A stretch of 64,000 nucleotides of DNA, from positions 682,001-746,000 of the forward strand of contig CDPCPM010000043.1 in assembly GCA_976551045.1 (NCBI GenBank), given 5' to 3'. The position numbers and the translations under genes are program-made. Of the stretch, positions 40,481 through 53,223 are shown in pieces (within the stretch, counting starts at the first letter, position 1; the number at the start of each line of letters is the position of its first letter). The notes under the pieces are model-generated. The model worked only from the letters and a program-made list of their open reading frames with translations. It was not told where the DNA came from and searched no databases. Source of the stretch: Glaucostegus cemiculus. Taxonomy: Eukaryota.

Positions 40481-43400
40481 AAGTGATCTTGCAGAGGCAA
40501 AACTGAACACTAAAGGAAACACCTGAGACCATAAGAAAATGTGGGAGTTATAGAAAGAACTAAAGGGAAAAATAAAGGAGAACATAAAAAGAACTGAGAA
40601 ATTGAATGTGAAGCAAAGGCTGAGAGAAGAATTGCCTTTGTAACAACAGAAGGAGACTCCACAAGAACCAAACACAGTCCGACTTGGGAAATAAACTTCA
40701 CAAGTCATTATTTTGAAAGCAATTTCACTTTGAGTTGTTGTCCCTCTATTTCTAGTTCTTGAAAAAGGAAGCATTGAATCAAAATTATTCATCTTGTCAG
40801 TATTTAATAGTATTGCACTTATTTTATAGGCCTAAAGCAGGTGCAAAGGGCCTCTGCAGGACCAACTTAATCAATGCTTCATGTGGAGAGGTAGTCAAGC
40901 TCAACTGTTTCAGTTCTTTTGTTAGCTGGCCTATTGGCTTCTTGAAATGAGCACAGGTATGATTGAGCCAAGGGAACCTCATGTTTTTCAAACCCAGAAT
41001 TGTAAATTAATTTGCCCTTGTCAGATGGCAATTCTTCTATGCTTTGTGTTTTACTTTCCCACAAACCAGAATCCTCACCTTATCTTAACATCCATGGTCT
41101 TCACTCTCTGGACTGTAGTGAAAGACAAAATTGCCAAGGCCTGACCAATCATGATTACTTAACAGAGGTGAGGGAGGACTAGTATCCTCTATGTCACCGT
41201 GCTCCAAACTTATCACTAAGAAGTTAATATTGGGAAGCACACCTCAAAAACACTGAGCAAACCTTAGCAGTATGCACAAGAGAATTCTGCCAATAAATTC
41301 TGAATCTTATTGACTGGCTAATTAGATAGTCATCTTTCTGGCTTATTCAATCAACAGTAATTTCACTGTCTGACTTTGTTTTGCTCACCTGAGGAAGCTA
41401 ATAAATCTTTCATTGTTGCAATTTACAACACCTGTGTGGTGTCTAAAGAATGGAATTGTTTCTCCACACTTTTTATTCCTGAGATATCACCAACCATTCA
41501 ATTTTGAAATCCCCACATAATTGTTGCCAGAGAAACAGGACCTCTTTCAATCTCAACAGAAATTAAACTGTCAAGGCCACTTGTACAGCTACATTTACCT
41601 GAAACACTGCCAATTTTTTCTGTCCATTCCTACAGACTCCACATCAAGCCTGGTATAGATTTCTCATGCATTTTACTACAGTATGCAAACTGAAATATAC
41701 CAGCCTAAATCCTAGACAGGCTGCCCTGGTTCTTTAATTTTTTTTGGTTAAAATGCCACAGATTTAAGGGCAGGCCTTTGCTCATCATCTATACCTTCCC
41801 TTCTATTTTTTCCACATCCTATTTTCACACTTCCACCTCAGTCTTACACAATGTTCAAATGAAAACTCTCCATAATCACAATTCTTCGAACAGCCACTTC
41901 AAAATGGCATTCCACTGGAACATTTATTATGGCAATTCTGTTGATGAGCAAACTAAGCACAGATTATATAAATGTATCCTGCGAATCACCATAACTTATG
42001 TTCCACTTGTAACCTTTTGACAACATGATACGTTTGATGTATAAGTGCTTATCAATCACTTTCAGAGGAAATCTCTCCCTGCACTTGTGTGGTCATTGAA
42101 CAATTGAATAATTTGTAATGTTTTAGTGGTAAATAACTGGTTATTATCATTGCATATTTGTGAAATGGTTAAAAATAGGCAATTAGCTCATATTTGGTCA
42201 TATCCTCCTGGAGATTTTTATTTAACTAGACATTAGTTTTGTGAACAGAGGCAAAGTGACTGCACTCAGTGCTAAAATCAATGCCCACTCAGATCTTATG
42301 AATGCTACAGCATGGATTTCTCTTTTCCCAGCAATAATTGTGATGCCATGAAGCTGAGTGTGTCACCAATTCATTGAATATTTCTTGCAGGCAGCCCACC
42401 AGAACGCTTTGAAAAGAGAACAAAATTTTAAAAAATGAACATACAAGTTTGATTAAGGTAGAGCTCTCATAAACTCATAATATTTTATAATTATAATTTG
42501 TAAAAATCTAATCTAATTCTACTCTATTTCTAATCCACGTAGACATAAAATTACTTTCTTGGAGCCAGAGAATTTATTAATAAACTCCCAGCTAGTGTAA
42601 CAAAGTATAACATTCTCAGGCTTTTTACAGTGGCTGTTGCTAAATACCCAGTCAATGATCCCATTGATTACAGTGGGGGAATATCGAAGAAGAGCCAACC
42701 TGTGGGGAAGCACTTCATCACGTTGGTATTGCGGTGTTGAACTGCACACACACAGACCCTCGAACTTGATATCATGATGGCACACACTGACAGTTATGTA
42801 ATTGTTCCAGCTGTAAAATCTGGGTCAATTATATGTTCAACATTTAAGTTAAATCTGAATTATGAGGATTTGAGCAATTCAATTTGGGTTCAGTGACTAT
42901 AATATTTAGACATATTTATCATTTAATCTGAGCTATTTTTGCCAGTATAAACAAAACTAATAGCATTCTGCCAGAATACCACATGCTATGAGTATATTTA
43001 TACTTCCATAAGTGTGTACAAGTGACAATCGGAGCACACTGCACAATGGAATGGTTAAGGACCACAAAGACGTCTGTTAACAGATAAACTTAATCATTTG
43101 AATAACACAGTCTTTAGATCATGGCAGCAATTGATTTGTAATTTATGTCACAAAAAGTAATAAATAGATAAATTAACTGGAAGTTCTGGTTCTTGCAATC
43201 ATTAAAGATGTTTGAATATGTGCTAATTGGTATGTACAATAGATGTTCAGACAGCTAAAGAATCAGCATTCCAAAATGAAGAACAGGTGAATCCATGGGA
43301 GAATAAACAAAAAATCAGTGTCCTTGAAACTACAGATCATGAGCATCAATGGCTGACCATGGCAGTTTTATACTACTTTTATATACTTAATGCAATATGA

Positions 43401-45639
43401 ACTGACTGGTATTCAAAAAAAAGTAACATTCACTGAAGAAACTATTTGTTACAAAATTGATTATGTGGATTTTATTAATTCTGATTCATAAAGTCTCCTT
43501 TCATTTTACAATAATGTGAAGCTGTTTTTTTCCAGGCAAATTTCAATCCCTCTGATTAGCCAATAGTTCTTATACTGCTATCAAAGTATGTTTTGGATTT
43601 ATAAAGAGTTTATACATTGATTATTTAATCTATTACCTCTACAGTCTCACTTCATCAAGCTGTGGGGAATGGGGAGAGCTCTACTACAGCAATTATTTTA
43701 GACTTTTAGCCAATTATGTTGTATACCATAGATCAAGCCAGAGGAACAGAAGAGAACAATAAATGCTGAGATGAATTAAACAAGAAATTATTTTTCTTTA
43801 TGCTGTAATCTGCTATATTCCTATTCCAACCTTGATAAGAAAATTAATTTTCCTGATGCATTTCTAAATCAACATTATACATTTTATATATAATGTGTGA
43901 GTGTGCTTATACAGTTTTGATAAATCCATTGTTCAATAATAAACAGTGAATGAGAACAAATTAAAATTTCAATGCATCAGTGTCAAAATGTTATGGTCAT
44001 CAGAGTACTCTGTAGTCAGTACATTTTTTAACATCATTTAGATGTATCTGTGCAAAGATAAATATTCCCACAAAAATAACATTATGAATCAAATACAGCA
44101 CAAATTTACTAGTTACTAATAATTACCTCAACCATTTCTGCAGAAGCAGCTAAAGTTACTGGGCAAAATTAGTAACACAGTTGTTTAAAACAGAAGTTTA
44201 GTTGAAATTAGAATTAGAACCTGTATCTGCCTCCACAATGATGAACTGGGGATGAAGATCATCTTTTTTCTAAGGTTATATTCTGTAGTAATTGTTTGAC
44301 AAAATTATTACTATTCATTTTTAAGAGGATATTCAAAAGGAATATCGTGGATAAGGAGGAATAAACTCTCCTCCCTCACTGCTGATTAAGTGAAAACATG
44401 GAGCCAACTCTATTCAGCATTTACAATCAGGGGAAAGATGCACGATCCAGAAGTGAAATGAAAATAGATGGAGGCTGACATTTCAACAATTCAATGACAT
44501 CTTAAATTGTGTGTTTATTTTTCAAGCATCCATCTTCCTCTCAATCTAAACTTGATAGAATGACTTTGCTTGAACCTGTTGAATTCTTAAGTAGCTAAAC
44601 AACATTGAAGTTCTTTAGGATTAGAAAATAAGTATATTGAATGTTCTAGATATATAGTTGAATGTGCTTGTATTTACATTAGTATGTTAAAGATGATGGT
44701 AATTTTAAAATGAATATGTGGCTGGCATACCATTTGCTGTAAAGGGTGTTTTATGGTCTAGAACAGCAAGTAAACAGTTCAATCACTCAGGAATCTTGAT
44801 ATCTCGATTTTTCTTTTCTGTTCACTCGTCTAATTTAAATTTGCTAATTTTAATAATACACTAAAATATTTTTATATTTGCTTTGTTAACAGTCAATACC
44901 TTCCCCTTTTCAGTTCTGAAATGGAGAATTTAATTGTAGGGTGCCCTATTTTTTCTTCCATTGGGATAGCCTTTCCTTGTAAAATGCATCAAGTAATACT
45001 CTGAGGGCAATCAGGAGTTCATTATTATACCTTAGCATCCTAACAGCCCTCAGTCAAGGATGGAATCTAATTCCTGGATAACCTTGTTTGTTTGCACATC
45101 ATAACAAAGGAGGAATGTTCCTTTCTTTCATTAAAGATTATGATTTAAAACTGGTAACCTTGTGAACTGGGACCAAATGCCAATGTCAGTGCTGCACTTG
45201 CCTCAGTGAGTAGACCCAAGTCCAGCCCAAAATTGGTCCCGAATCCACACTATTTAGATGTGTTGTTATCTGTCAGTCTACAGAAGGACCATGCATTGTT
45301 TTCAGCAAATTTCAGGTAGTAGTCCTGGAGGGAGTAACAGGAGGAAGTGACAGGAAGGTTGGTAATGAGATGCACGTTGATTGTCACAAAAGTGCCGTTG
45401 AACCAAGAAGAGCTCGCACTGGTTTCAAATGATTTAAAAGTTAATTAATTTATTGCCTCTTCCACACTACATGTAAAACTGAACTGCCCTTTTCTCAGAG
45501 GTAATATTGAACAGTTCTCATAACATCACAACATAGGGACCTATAAACCTGCCATTGGGAGTCACTCACAACACTTGAAAAATAGTTCAACCCAGTCTCA
45601 GGCACCTTTAGGGAGTCCTTTTGTGTGGTACATAAACCA

Positions 45640-45990
45640 TAAAAACTAAAGCCAGAAGTAGGCTATACATCCTGTTTTCACCGCACCCCCCCCCCCCCCC
45701 CCATACATACTCCACCGTTCAATAAAATCAGTGGCTGATCTTCTTTTATTCAGCATCACTTCCCTACACTTATCCTTTATTTCTTCTTTCCTTTAATATC
45801 CAAAATTCTGACCATGCTGTGGAACACATTCAACACCCACATCTCCACAACTCTCTTGGATAGAGAATGCCAAAGATTCACTACCCTTGGGTGAAGAAGT
45901 TTCTTCTCATCTCACTATATGATTCTGGGCACTCTAGCCAAAGGATTCTGTATCTAGCTTCTAGCTGTGTAAGAGTCTTGTGCATTTCTA
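45640..45990 (-). mobile_element. old CR1-like LINE 3' end containing a poly-C tract (~45686-45702)
   Basis: ccagaagtaggctat...ccaccgttcaataaaatcagtggctgatc...tagagaatgccaaagattcactacccttgggtgaagaagtttcttctcatctc. Confidence 0.65.
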
Positions 45991-46093
45991 TGAGATAAGA
46001 CCTGCATATCAACTTTCAGTGATTCATGTACTATTCTTTGAATACCAACACTTCAGTCTCTCCACATTGGGGTGAAAATACAGTTCTGAATTT

Positions 46094-46372
46094 TACATAG
46101 AACATAGAACAGTACAGCACAGAACAGGTCCTTTGGCCCACAATGTTGTGCCAACATAGCTATTCCCTCCTGCCTACAGAATTCCCATATCCCTCTATTT
46201 TCCTCTCATTCATGTGCCCATCCAAGCCCTTCTTGAAAGCCCCCAATGAGTTTGCCTCCACCACCCTTTCAGGCAATGCATCCCAGGCATCCACCACTCT
46301 CTCAGTACAAAAAAATCACACCCCTCATGTCTGTTCTGAACATATCCCCTCTCACCTTAAAAGCATTTTCTA
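46094..46372 (-). mobile_element. CR1/HER1-like LINE 3' end
   Basis: acatagaacatagaacagtacagcacagaacagg tail plus the ORF2 C-terminal sequence. Confidence 0.8.
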
Positions 46373-46496
46373 CCAAAGTATATGATCTCTTTATTACCTT
46401 TTTTTGTCCACAAAGCAGGCACAACAAGATCTAATTGCACTTTTATGATTAACCAGAAAATAACAGATTTATACTGCAACTAGGGTAAAGATTTGT

Positions 46497-46840
46497 CATA
46501 GACAATAGGAGCAGAAGTAGACCATTTGGCCCTTCGGGTCTGCACCGCCATTTTGAGATCATGGCTGATCCTCAACAATCAATATCCTGTTCCTGCCTTG
46601 TCCCCATATCCCTTGATTCCCCTATCTATAAGAAACCTATCCAGCTCCTTCCTGAAAGTGCCCAGAGAATTGGCCTCCACTGTCCTCTGAGGCAGTGCAT
46701 TCCACAAATTCACAACCCTCTGGGAGAAGAAGTTTTTCCTCACCTCTGTCCTAAATGGCCTACCCCTTATTCTTAAATCATGCCCTCTGGTCCTGGACTT
46801 CCCCAACATCTGGAACATATTTCCTGTCTCTATCTTGTCA
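46497..46840 (-). mobile_element. younger CR1-like LINE 3' end (different subfamily)
   Basis: Open frame TRGHDLRIRGRPFRTEVRKNFFSQRVVNLWNALPQRTVEANSLGTFRKELDRFL, the typical CR1 ORF2 C-terminus. Confidence 0.88.
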
Positions 46841-47321
46841 TGACAGATTGCATTAGATTCTGAATACAGCATACCCCAGGAACTTGTCAGTAACTTTCAC
46901 TCAATATTGAGAACTAATAATTGGGTGGCTCAGAGGAAGTGATTGTGGTTCTTGATTTATCAGCTTCATGTTTTAAATACTTGATTTCTAAGCCAGGAAT
47001 TTTTAATCTTTGTTTTGTGTTGCATTTAAACCCAAATCTCCAAGAGAATAGAATGGAACTGCATCTATAATACCAAGCAAAACATAGTTAAATGTAAATT
47101 GATTATTTTCCAGTGGTGCAGCAGACTGGACTTCACACTCAAACGCAACAAATTAATATTTGCAGTAATGAAGAATGGAAAGATGATTTCAAAGGATAAA
47201 TGTTGGACTGGCTCAGACATCCCATTCTAACATCTGAACTGCATCTTACCCATAAAAAGACATTTCCCATTATTAATTATTGTTAAATTAACTTAAAAAC
47301 TTTCCTTTCTTATTACTTCAG

Positions 47322-47378
47322 TTAATTGGAGTAGGGATCCCAAAGGTTAATTTAAGACAGAGACATCCCAGTGCACAG
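47322..47378 (+). CDS. CACNA2D1: alternative cassette exon 18a (splice region A, skeletal-muscle type in mammals)
   Basis: tttcctttcttattacttcag|TTA...CAG|gtaatg; 57 bp, phase 0/0; LIGVGIPKVNLRQRHPSAQ aligns with mammalian PIGVGIPTINLRKRRPNIQ. Confidence 0.92.
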
Positions 47379-49552
47379 GTAATGTAGTGGCAATAGCATT
47401 GGTGCTGCAAAGCTGCCAGAATTGAAGCTTTGGGAAAGGGATTTGGCAAGCTTACATGCAAGGGCATAACAGTGGATCTGCTACCAAAAAATATCCTAAA
47501 GCATGACTTTCTAAGTGTTTAAATAATAACAAAAACATTTTATAAGTTTAAAACTAACATTTTGAATGGTGCTGTTGCCCCCACCCCCACCACCACACCA
47601 AAGCAGGCTGCTACTTTTGGAAATAGTAATTGCTTAAAAAGAAGTTTAACATTGAGGATTACAGTGGCTGATTTGCAGATATAGCAAAATGTCTGGGTTT
47701 ATATAATCTGGGTTTATGTATGACAGGTACTGTTAATTGTTTACCACAGACGCTGCATGCATTCCGCATATTTATTTCATGACCAGGGTATAGATTTGTA
47801 TTTGGTGTTAAAACCATGGACAGTAAGTTTTCTGCTTTAGGCCAGATCTTCATAGATTTGTTTGGAGAGTACATCATCATCATTTTTCAGAGCACAAAGT
47901 TTTCCTGGCAAATGCTGCTTGAACAAAAGGAAAACTGTAGTGTTTGGCTGTTGTACAAGTATATTTGGCATTGCAAGAGTTAATCATTGCTTTCAACTGC
48001 TTTAACCTGATTCTGAGTTTTAAATTTTTCTCTGGGCATAATTATAAGTTTAAGAAATCCAGAAGTTGAACAGTGGGGACTCAGCATCAGCATGTATTGT
48101 CAAATATATTAGGGTATTGCTAGTTTTTATCTGCCTCATTGAATTATTTAAGTTCCCACTTTACCTGCTTCTGACTATTGAACGTTTCCCAAGGATAAAG
48201 CTTGAAAGAGCACCTGTGGTGTCTTGTGTCCAATTCCACTGAATAAACAATCTGTAGACAATGCACTCACTCTGCCTGTGGGCAAGAACTACATTTCCCA
48301 AATCCCCGAATGGACTAATTGTAATAAGGTGCTCCTTGTGTGGAAACTGTAAACAAGAACCTCTTACAATGTGCTGCCTCATGACCACACAGCCAGAGAG
48401 AATGCCCCAAGGATGTCAATTATTGAAAGCAAACTAGTGACATATGGTAAAATTAGATCAGCACTGATTGTAAATTCACACAAATTTTAAAGTGAACAAA
48501 GGTATAATTGAAAACAGATATGGGCTTGGAAAACTAAATTAAACCAATTTGTTCATCCTTAATAGCTGTCTAAAAACTGATTTTTCATTCTGAATATTAT
48601 TAAATAAATTACAGGTAAAGTTCACATTTTCTATATATGGTTTGTCCTTTTAAACAATTCCAATAGTGTTGGAATAACAACACTTCTTCTGTGCACTGAA
48701 CAGAATTAAGGATTTGCCGTGCTGTCTTTTCAGACCAGATTTCCAAACTCATTTACCATGCTAATATCTTTGAAATATAAGAAATGCAGCTGTGTAAAGT
48801 TAATATTTTTGGGTCCTGTGTAAATACTTTTCTCTCAGATATTCATCACAACGTCATTCTCATTTCCATCCCAAAGCATTTGCATGAAATGCTGTGCAAG
48901 TTCATCGAAAAGAGCAAGGGCATATGGAATTTAAATATAATTTCCTGAAACACTTTGAATCCTTCCATTTAGAGTGATGTCTCTTCTGTTGATTTAGTTT
49001 GTTTGATGTGCTGCTTTTATAGGCTTTCTGTAGGTGTTCTGTTGAAGTACTTGCATGGGTGTGTTGCGGGAAAAGGCACTGTAAGCTTGCTGCCTGTTGT
49101 TACATTTTTGGTAAGTGCTCATTGATTAATTGAAGTACAGTGGAAGAGGCTGAGAAATCTGTATTACATTGATGAGAATGCACTGGCGGCTGCTGCCATT
49201 GAGGTCACTAATTTAGGAACCTCAAATTAACTAAAAAAAGTTAAATGGCAATGTGCATTTAAATTCATTTCCAATGGCAAGTGATAAACGAGTGCAAGAG
49301 TTTACTGTGGTCTGCAGTCATCGCCTGATGTTCGGTTCCATTGATTTCTTGTGAGGCTGAACATGCAAAAGTGAATGAAACTTATAGTCAATACTCTCAC
49401 TCCCAGCCAGAGCTTGTGGCCAAGTGCAAGTTTTAACCCTTATGGATTTCCATGTTTAGTTTTCATTCTACTTCTCTATGCTCCAATTTCCATGAACAGG
49501 TTTGAGATCACAATCCCCAGGATTAAAATTGGGTATCAAAATTTATGTCAAA

Positions 49553-49830
49553 AGTTGAAGTTATTGTCATCTGCACAAGTACATGTATGCGCACGTGCAA
49601 TGTAAAGCTTACTTGCAGCAGCATCACAGGCACATAGCATCAGGTACACAACAGTAATAAACCTAAATTATACATAATTTTTACAAGAAAGAACACAAGT
49701 TGAACAAAAAAAAAAGTCCATTGTAGTGGGCGTAGTGTTACTATACTGAGGTAGTGATTAGGATATCTCGATTCAAACCAACGAAAAGGATTGCCAAAAG
49801 CCCCACTGCATGTTTGAACGTGTAGTCCAA
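49553..49830 (-). mobile_element. Rex1/Babar-like LINE 3' UTR fragment
   Basis: ttattgtcatctgcacaagtacatg...tgcaatgtaaagcttacttgcagcagcatcacaggcacatagcatc has the same layout as the complement of the 11.1 kb LINE end. Confidence 0.5.
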
Positions 49831-50519
49831 CTGAAAACCTCCAAAAGGGGGAATTTCTCAAATGCATTGTTCTAAAGGTTATGGAGAATCCACCAAATCT
49901 TCACCAGATACAAAATAATGTACAGTTAACGCAGTGCGGTGGAATAAGTAAAATGATCCAGCATAAGGTTGTCCCAGACAAAATAATTTTCTCTAGTGTA
50001 TTCCATATGCAGACAGCAGAGATTCCTATTACAATGGCTGCAGCCCTGGATCCATAAACTCAAAGATATGTGGTTGTATTTTGATTTTCTGCTAATAGAA
50101 CTCATTCCATCTGTAAAGACTATAAAACTATGGTCAAGTCATGGAAATTATCCAGATAATTAAGCTGGTATGGGGAGGAAGGGTTAAAACCATGAGAGGA
50201 AGAATTGTTATAAATTATTTCAACTAGAGATCAACAAGATGTATTGATGGAAGTAGAATATGACCATTACTGAACCTTAGATTGTGGTTGTTTACCTCTT
50301 TCAATAATAGGCCAGAGGTACACAACAGCAGAAGAAACGAGGTAAAATATGAGTGACAACTGTTTAAAACAAAAGGGTGGAAGTATATAGGAGAAAAGAG
50401 GGACTAAAAACCAAGACTATAGGCTTTTTGGTTGCAAACCAAGGGAAATTAATGGCATTTGAAACTGTAATGCAAGGAGATCATTTAAATTGCACAGCTG
50501 TATTTGAATAATAACTAAA

Positions 50520-50810
50520 GGCCATTGAACGCTGTTGGAACTTATAGAATAGGATAATGGAAGGATGAACCATTTATCCCATTGTGTCCTTGCATCTTGG
50601 GGATAAAAAGGAGCTACCCAGTCTAATCTCACTTTCATGCACTCGATCTGTACCTGACACATTATGGCTCTTCATGTGCACATTCAAGCACTTTTCAAAT
50701 ATGGTGATGTGGTGACTGTTTCTGCCTCCATCACCCTTCCAGGCAGTGAGCTTTCAGTTCTCAAAACAACCTCTTAGTGAAAATATTTTGTCCTCATCTT
50801 CCTTCTAATT
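50520..50810 (-). mobile_element. old CR1-like LINE 3' end
   Basis: gtttctgcctccatcacccttccaggcagtgagctttcagttctcaaaacaacctcttagtgaaaatattttgtcctcatc is the complement of a FTxRVV..WNxLP..VVEA-type region. Confidence 0.55.
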
Positions 50811-53151
50811 TGCTGTAGAAATTTTTAAAAACTCAAAAGCTGTAAACATAATTTTTTAAAAATAAAAAATGTTCATAAGAACACAGTAAAATAATATAAA
50901 ATAATATAAAAACACAGTAAAACAAAATAATTTAAAACAAAATGAAATAAGTTATAAAATAAATAAGGTTATTTACCTTCCCCATTTCATAGGCCAAGTA
51001 CCCCCTTTCAAATGAAAGACCAATCCAATGCCACATGTGACTGGTTTAGGATCAGAGAGGCAATTTCTCTTTAACACGGAGTTCAGTAGCAGGGTGGGGT
51101 AAGAGATGCGGTGGCATCTGAGACTTACAATGCGTTTGTGTAGGTCTGAGAAGTTCTTTTTGGAAGTGCCAGCTATAACCAAGAAGATTCACCCCATTAT
51201 TTACATTGCTACTGAACACTATAATAAAAACTATTTGATCTGACTTACTATACCTAGTCCACATAGGCCTTTGTTTTATATTTGGCTGATCCACTGGTTT
51301 AAAAGAGCCATTATAAAGTGGCCAGTTTCTTCCTCTGTAATTCATCAGTTTTATTTTGTTGCCATTTAAGCTGCGTGGTGTAATTGCTTCTGACTTTCAG
51401 TTTTTTTTTCCATGACTACATATATCGGAATGTGACGTGACCTGCTTACTGGATCGTATCTTGATGCATGCTGCATGGTTGGTAATGTCATGGGGTCTTC
51501 TGTGCATGTAACTGTAGTCATTTAATTCGGTGTCATTTGTCTGTAACAAGAGCAGTCTGTATTGTGAAATATACAAAGCCCATGTCTCTTTTGCTATGTT
51601 AGGAAAAACTATTCTGTGGAAGTGTGGCCTGCAGATTCTCTACAGGAACCAACCAGAACATTGTTGCATTGGGTAGAAAAAGCAAAGGGCTCCTTGATCC
51701 CCAGATAAAGGCTGCATTGGCCACCAATCCACTTTGATTTGCCATATTGAACAAATGTTTCACTGATACTATTGGAAGCACAACATGATTGGCATGCTGT
51801 AAACAGTGTATTCATTTTTATTGTTGATACAAATACAGTTCAATTAGATGAAAGCAGAGCAATCTGATGTGATCTTGAGTTCCATAACTGAGCTAGGATT
51901 GATGGTGCTAAGGTTTATTGTTTTGAGCATGTATATTAAATGTGGATTTTGTGCTGTGGATTTGGAGGGGTTGGATTCCTCTGTTGATGGTGAGCAGATC
52001 AACATTGGATCCTCATTCACTTCAATCCACATTCTCATTTGATTCAATAGTTGAAAATCCCCATTTCTGACAGTTTCAAAATGAATGCCCGAAGTCCAGT
52101 CCAAACAGCTACATTAAACAGAAGTGATAGCTCAGTTTGCGAGAAAAACAATTTTCTCTGCTATTTGGAATGTAGCTTACAGTTAAATTGTAAGATTCCA
52201 ATTGAAAATTGTTCTCTAATTCTTCAACCAAAGCACTGATGTTTAGAAATTTGAATCCTCACTTCAATGGTGATTGGGATTCATTTACTATTGGCTGCGC
52301 CTTGTAATTCTACAGTTCCCCTGTGTGAAATAATTCCCAAAGTAAAATCCAAATCAAATTGCTAAAAGTAGTGTATTAGCCAAGTGCACATTTGGCATTA
52401 AGAAGTGATACCACCAGTCTCATAAACGTTCCCTGTGATCCCAATGGGATAGTTAAAATGGATTACCTGACTCCACAGTTGCTTATAGTTAGTAGAGATT
52501 AATTTTATGAAGGTTTGCTCTTAATGGATCATAAATTGAATAAAACATAGCAATAAAATGTGTTGAACTATCACTATAAATGGGGGGAAAAAAGTGAGAC
52601 AACCTTGTAGAGGAGAATTCTTTTGTAAGGAATTGACAATTGCCAACAGATCTGAATAACAAATTGCGGCATTTAGTCTGGGCTGCGTAAAATAAAATTG
52701 CTCTTCTGATTTTGAGAACATATTGTCCTTATTGTACTGGCTAATAGAATTGAATTCATCAAGTAGAAAATATAAGCATTGCTGGTATAGTTCAGTACCA
52801 TTTGTTACATAAAGGTTAAATTTCAGAGCAATTAGTTGTGATAGTATAATGCCTATGGGTGTTAACATGGGGCAAAGGTAAACAAGCTGCAATACAAGTA
52901 GGCCAAAACAATTATCTTAGAAGAAAAATTACACTATACGCATGTATAACATTAGTCAAACTGTAGTAGTACATGGAGAAATGTTTTCCTAAATAAATCT
53001 GCTTTATCAGCTGCTAACCTTTTATTTTAACATCTTCATTAAGAAATGAAAGAAAATAAATCTGTGCTTTACTGGTTCAGGCTCAAATGTTGAACTTTAT
53101 GTCAGCTCGTATTTTCCACTTATTGTTTGATGATTATTTCTTTTGGTTTAG

Positions 53152-53223
53152 AATCCTAAATCTCAGGAGCCCGTCACTTTGGATTTTCTAGATGCTGAAC
53201 TGGAGAATGAAATTAAGGTTGAG
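53152..53223 (+). CDS. CACNA2D1: alpha2delta-1 exon 19 equivalent, with alternative acceptor at 53167 (region B, NPKSQ)
   Basis: ttttggtttag|AAT CCT AAA TCT CAG|GAG...GAG|gtaaga; 72 bp; NPKSQEPVTLDFLDAELENEIKVE. Confidence 0.96.

Noticed and set aside
40346-40792. 148 aa hydrophobic minus-strand ORF resembling a membrane protein
   Set aside because: It is the complement of an A-rich tract plus a Penelope repeat, so the Phe/Leu/Ser richness is compositional.
41650-41703. Imperfect hairpin (ctggtata...tataccag) as a pre-miRNA
   Set aside because: The stem is short and has several bulges, and I recognise no known mature miRNA sequence. More likely a MITE relic or chance.
50850-50970. A-rich quasi-repeat (aaaataatataaa, acacagtaaaa)
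   Set aside because: Simple low-complexity slippage sequence.
51603-51672. Possible extra exon (ttttgctatgttag|GAAAAACTATTC...)
   Set aside because: The acceptor is plausible, but the donor is weak (tgg|gtagaa), the 70 nt length is out of frame, and the peptide has no alpha2delta similarity.
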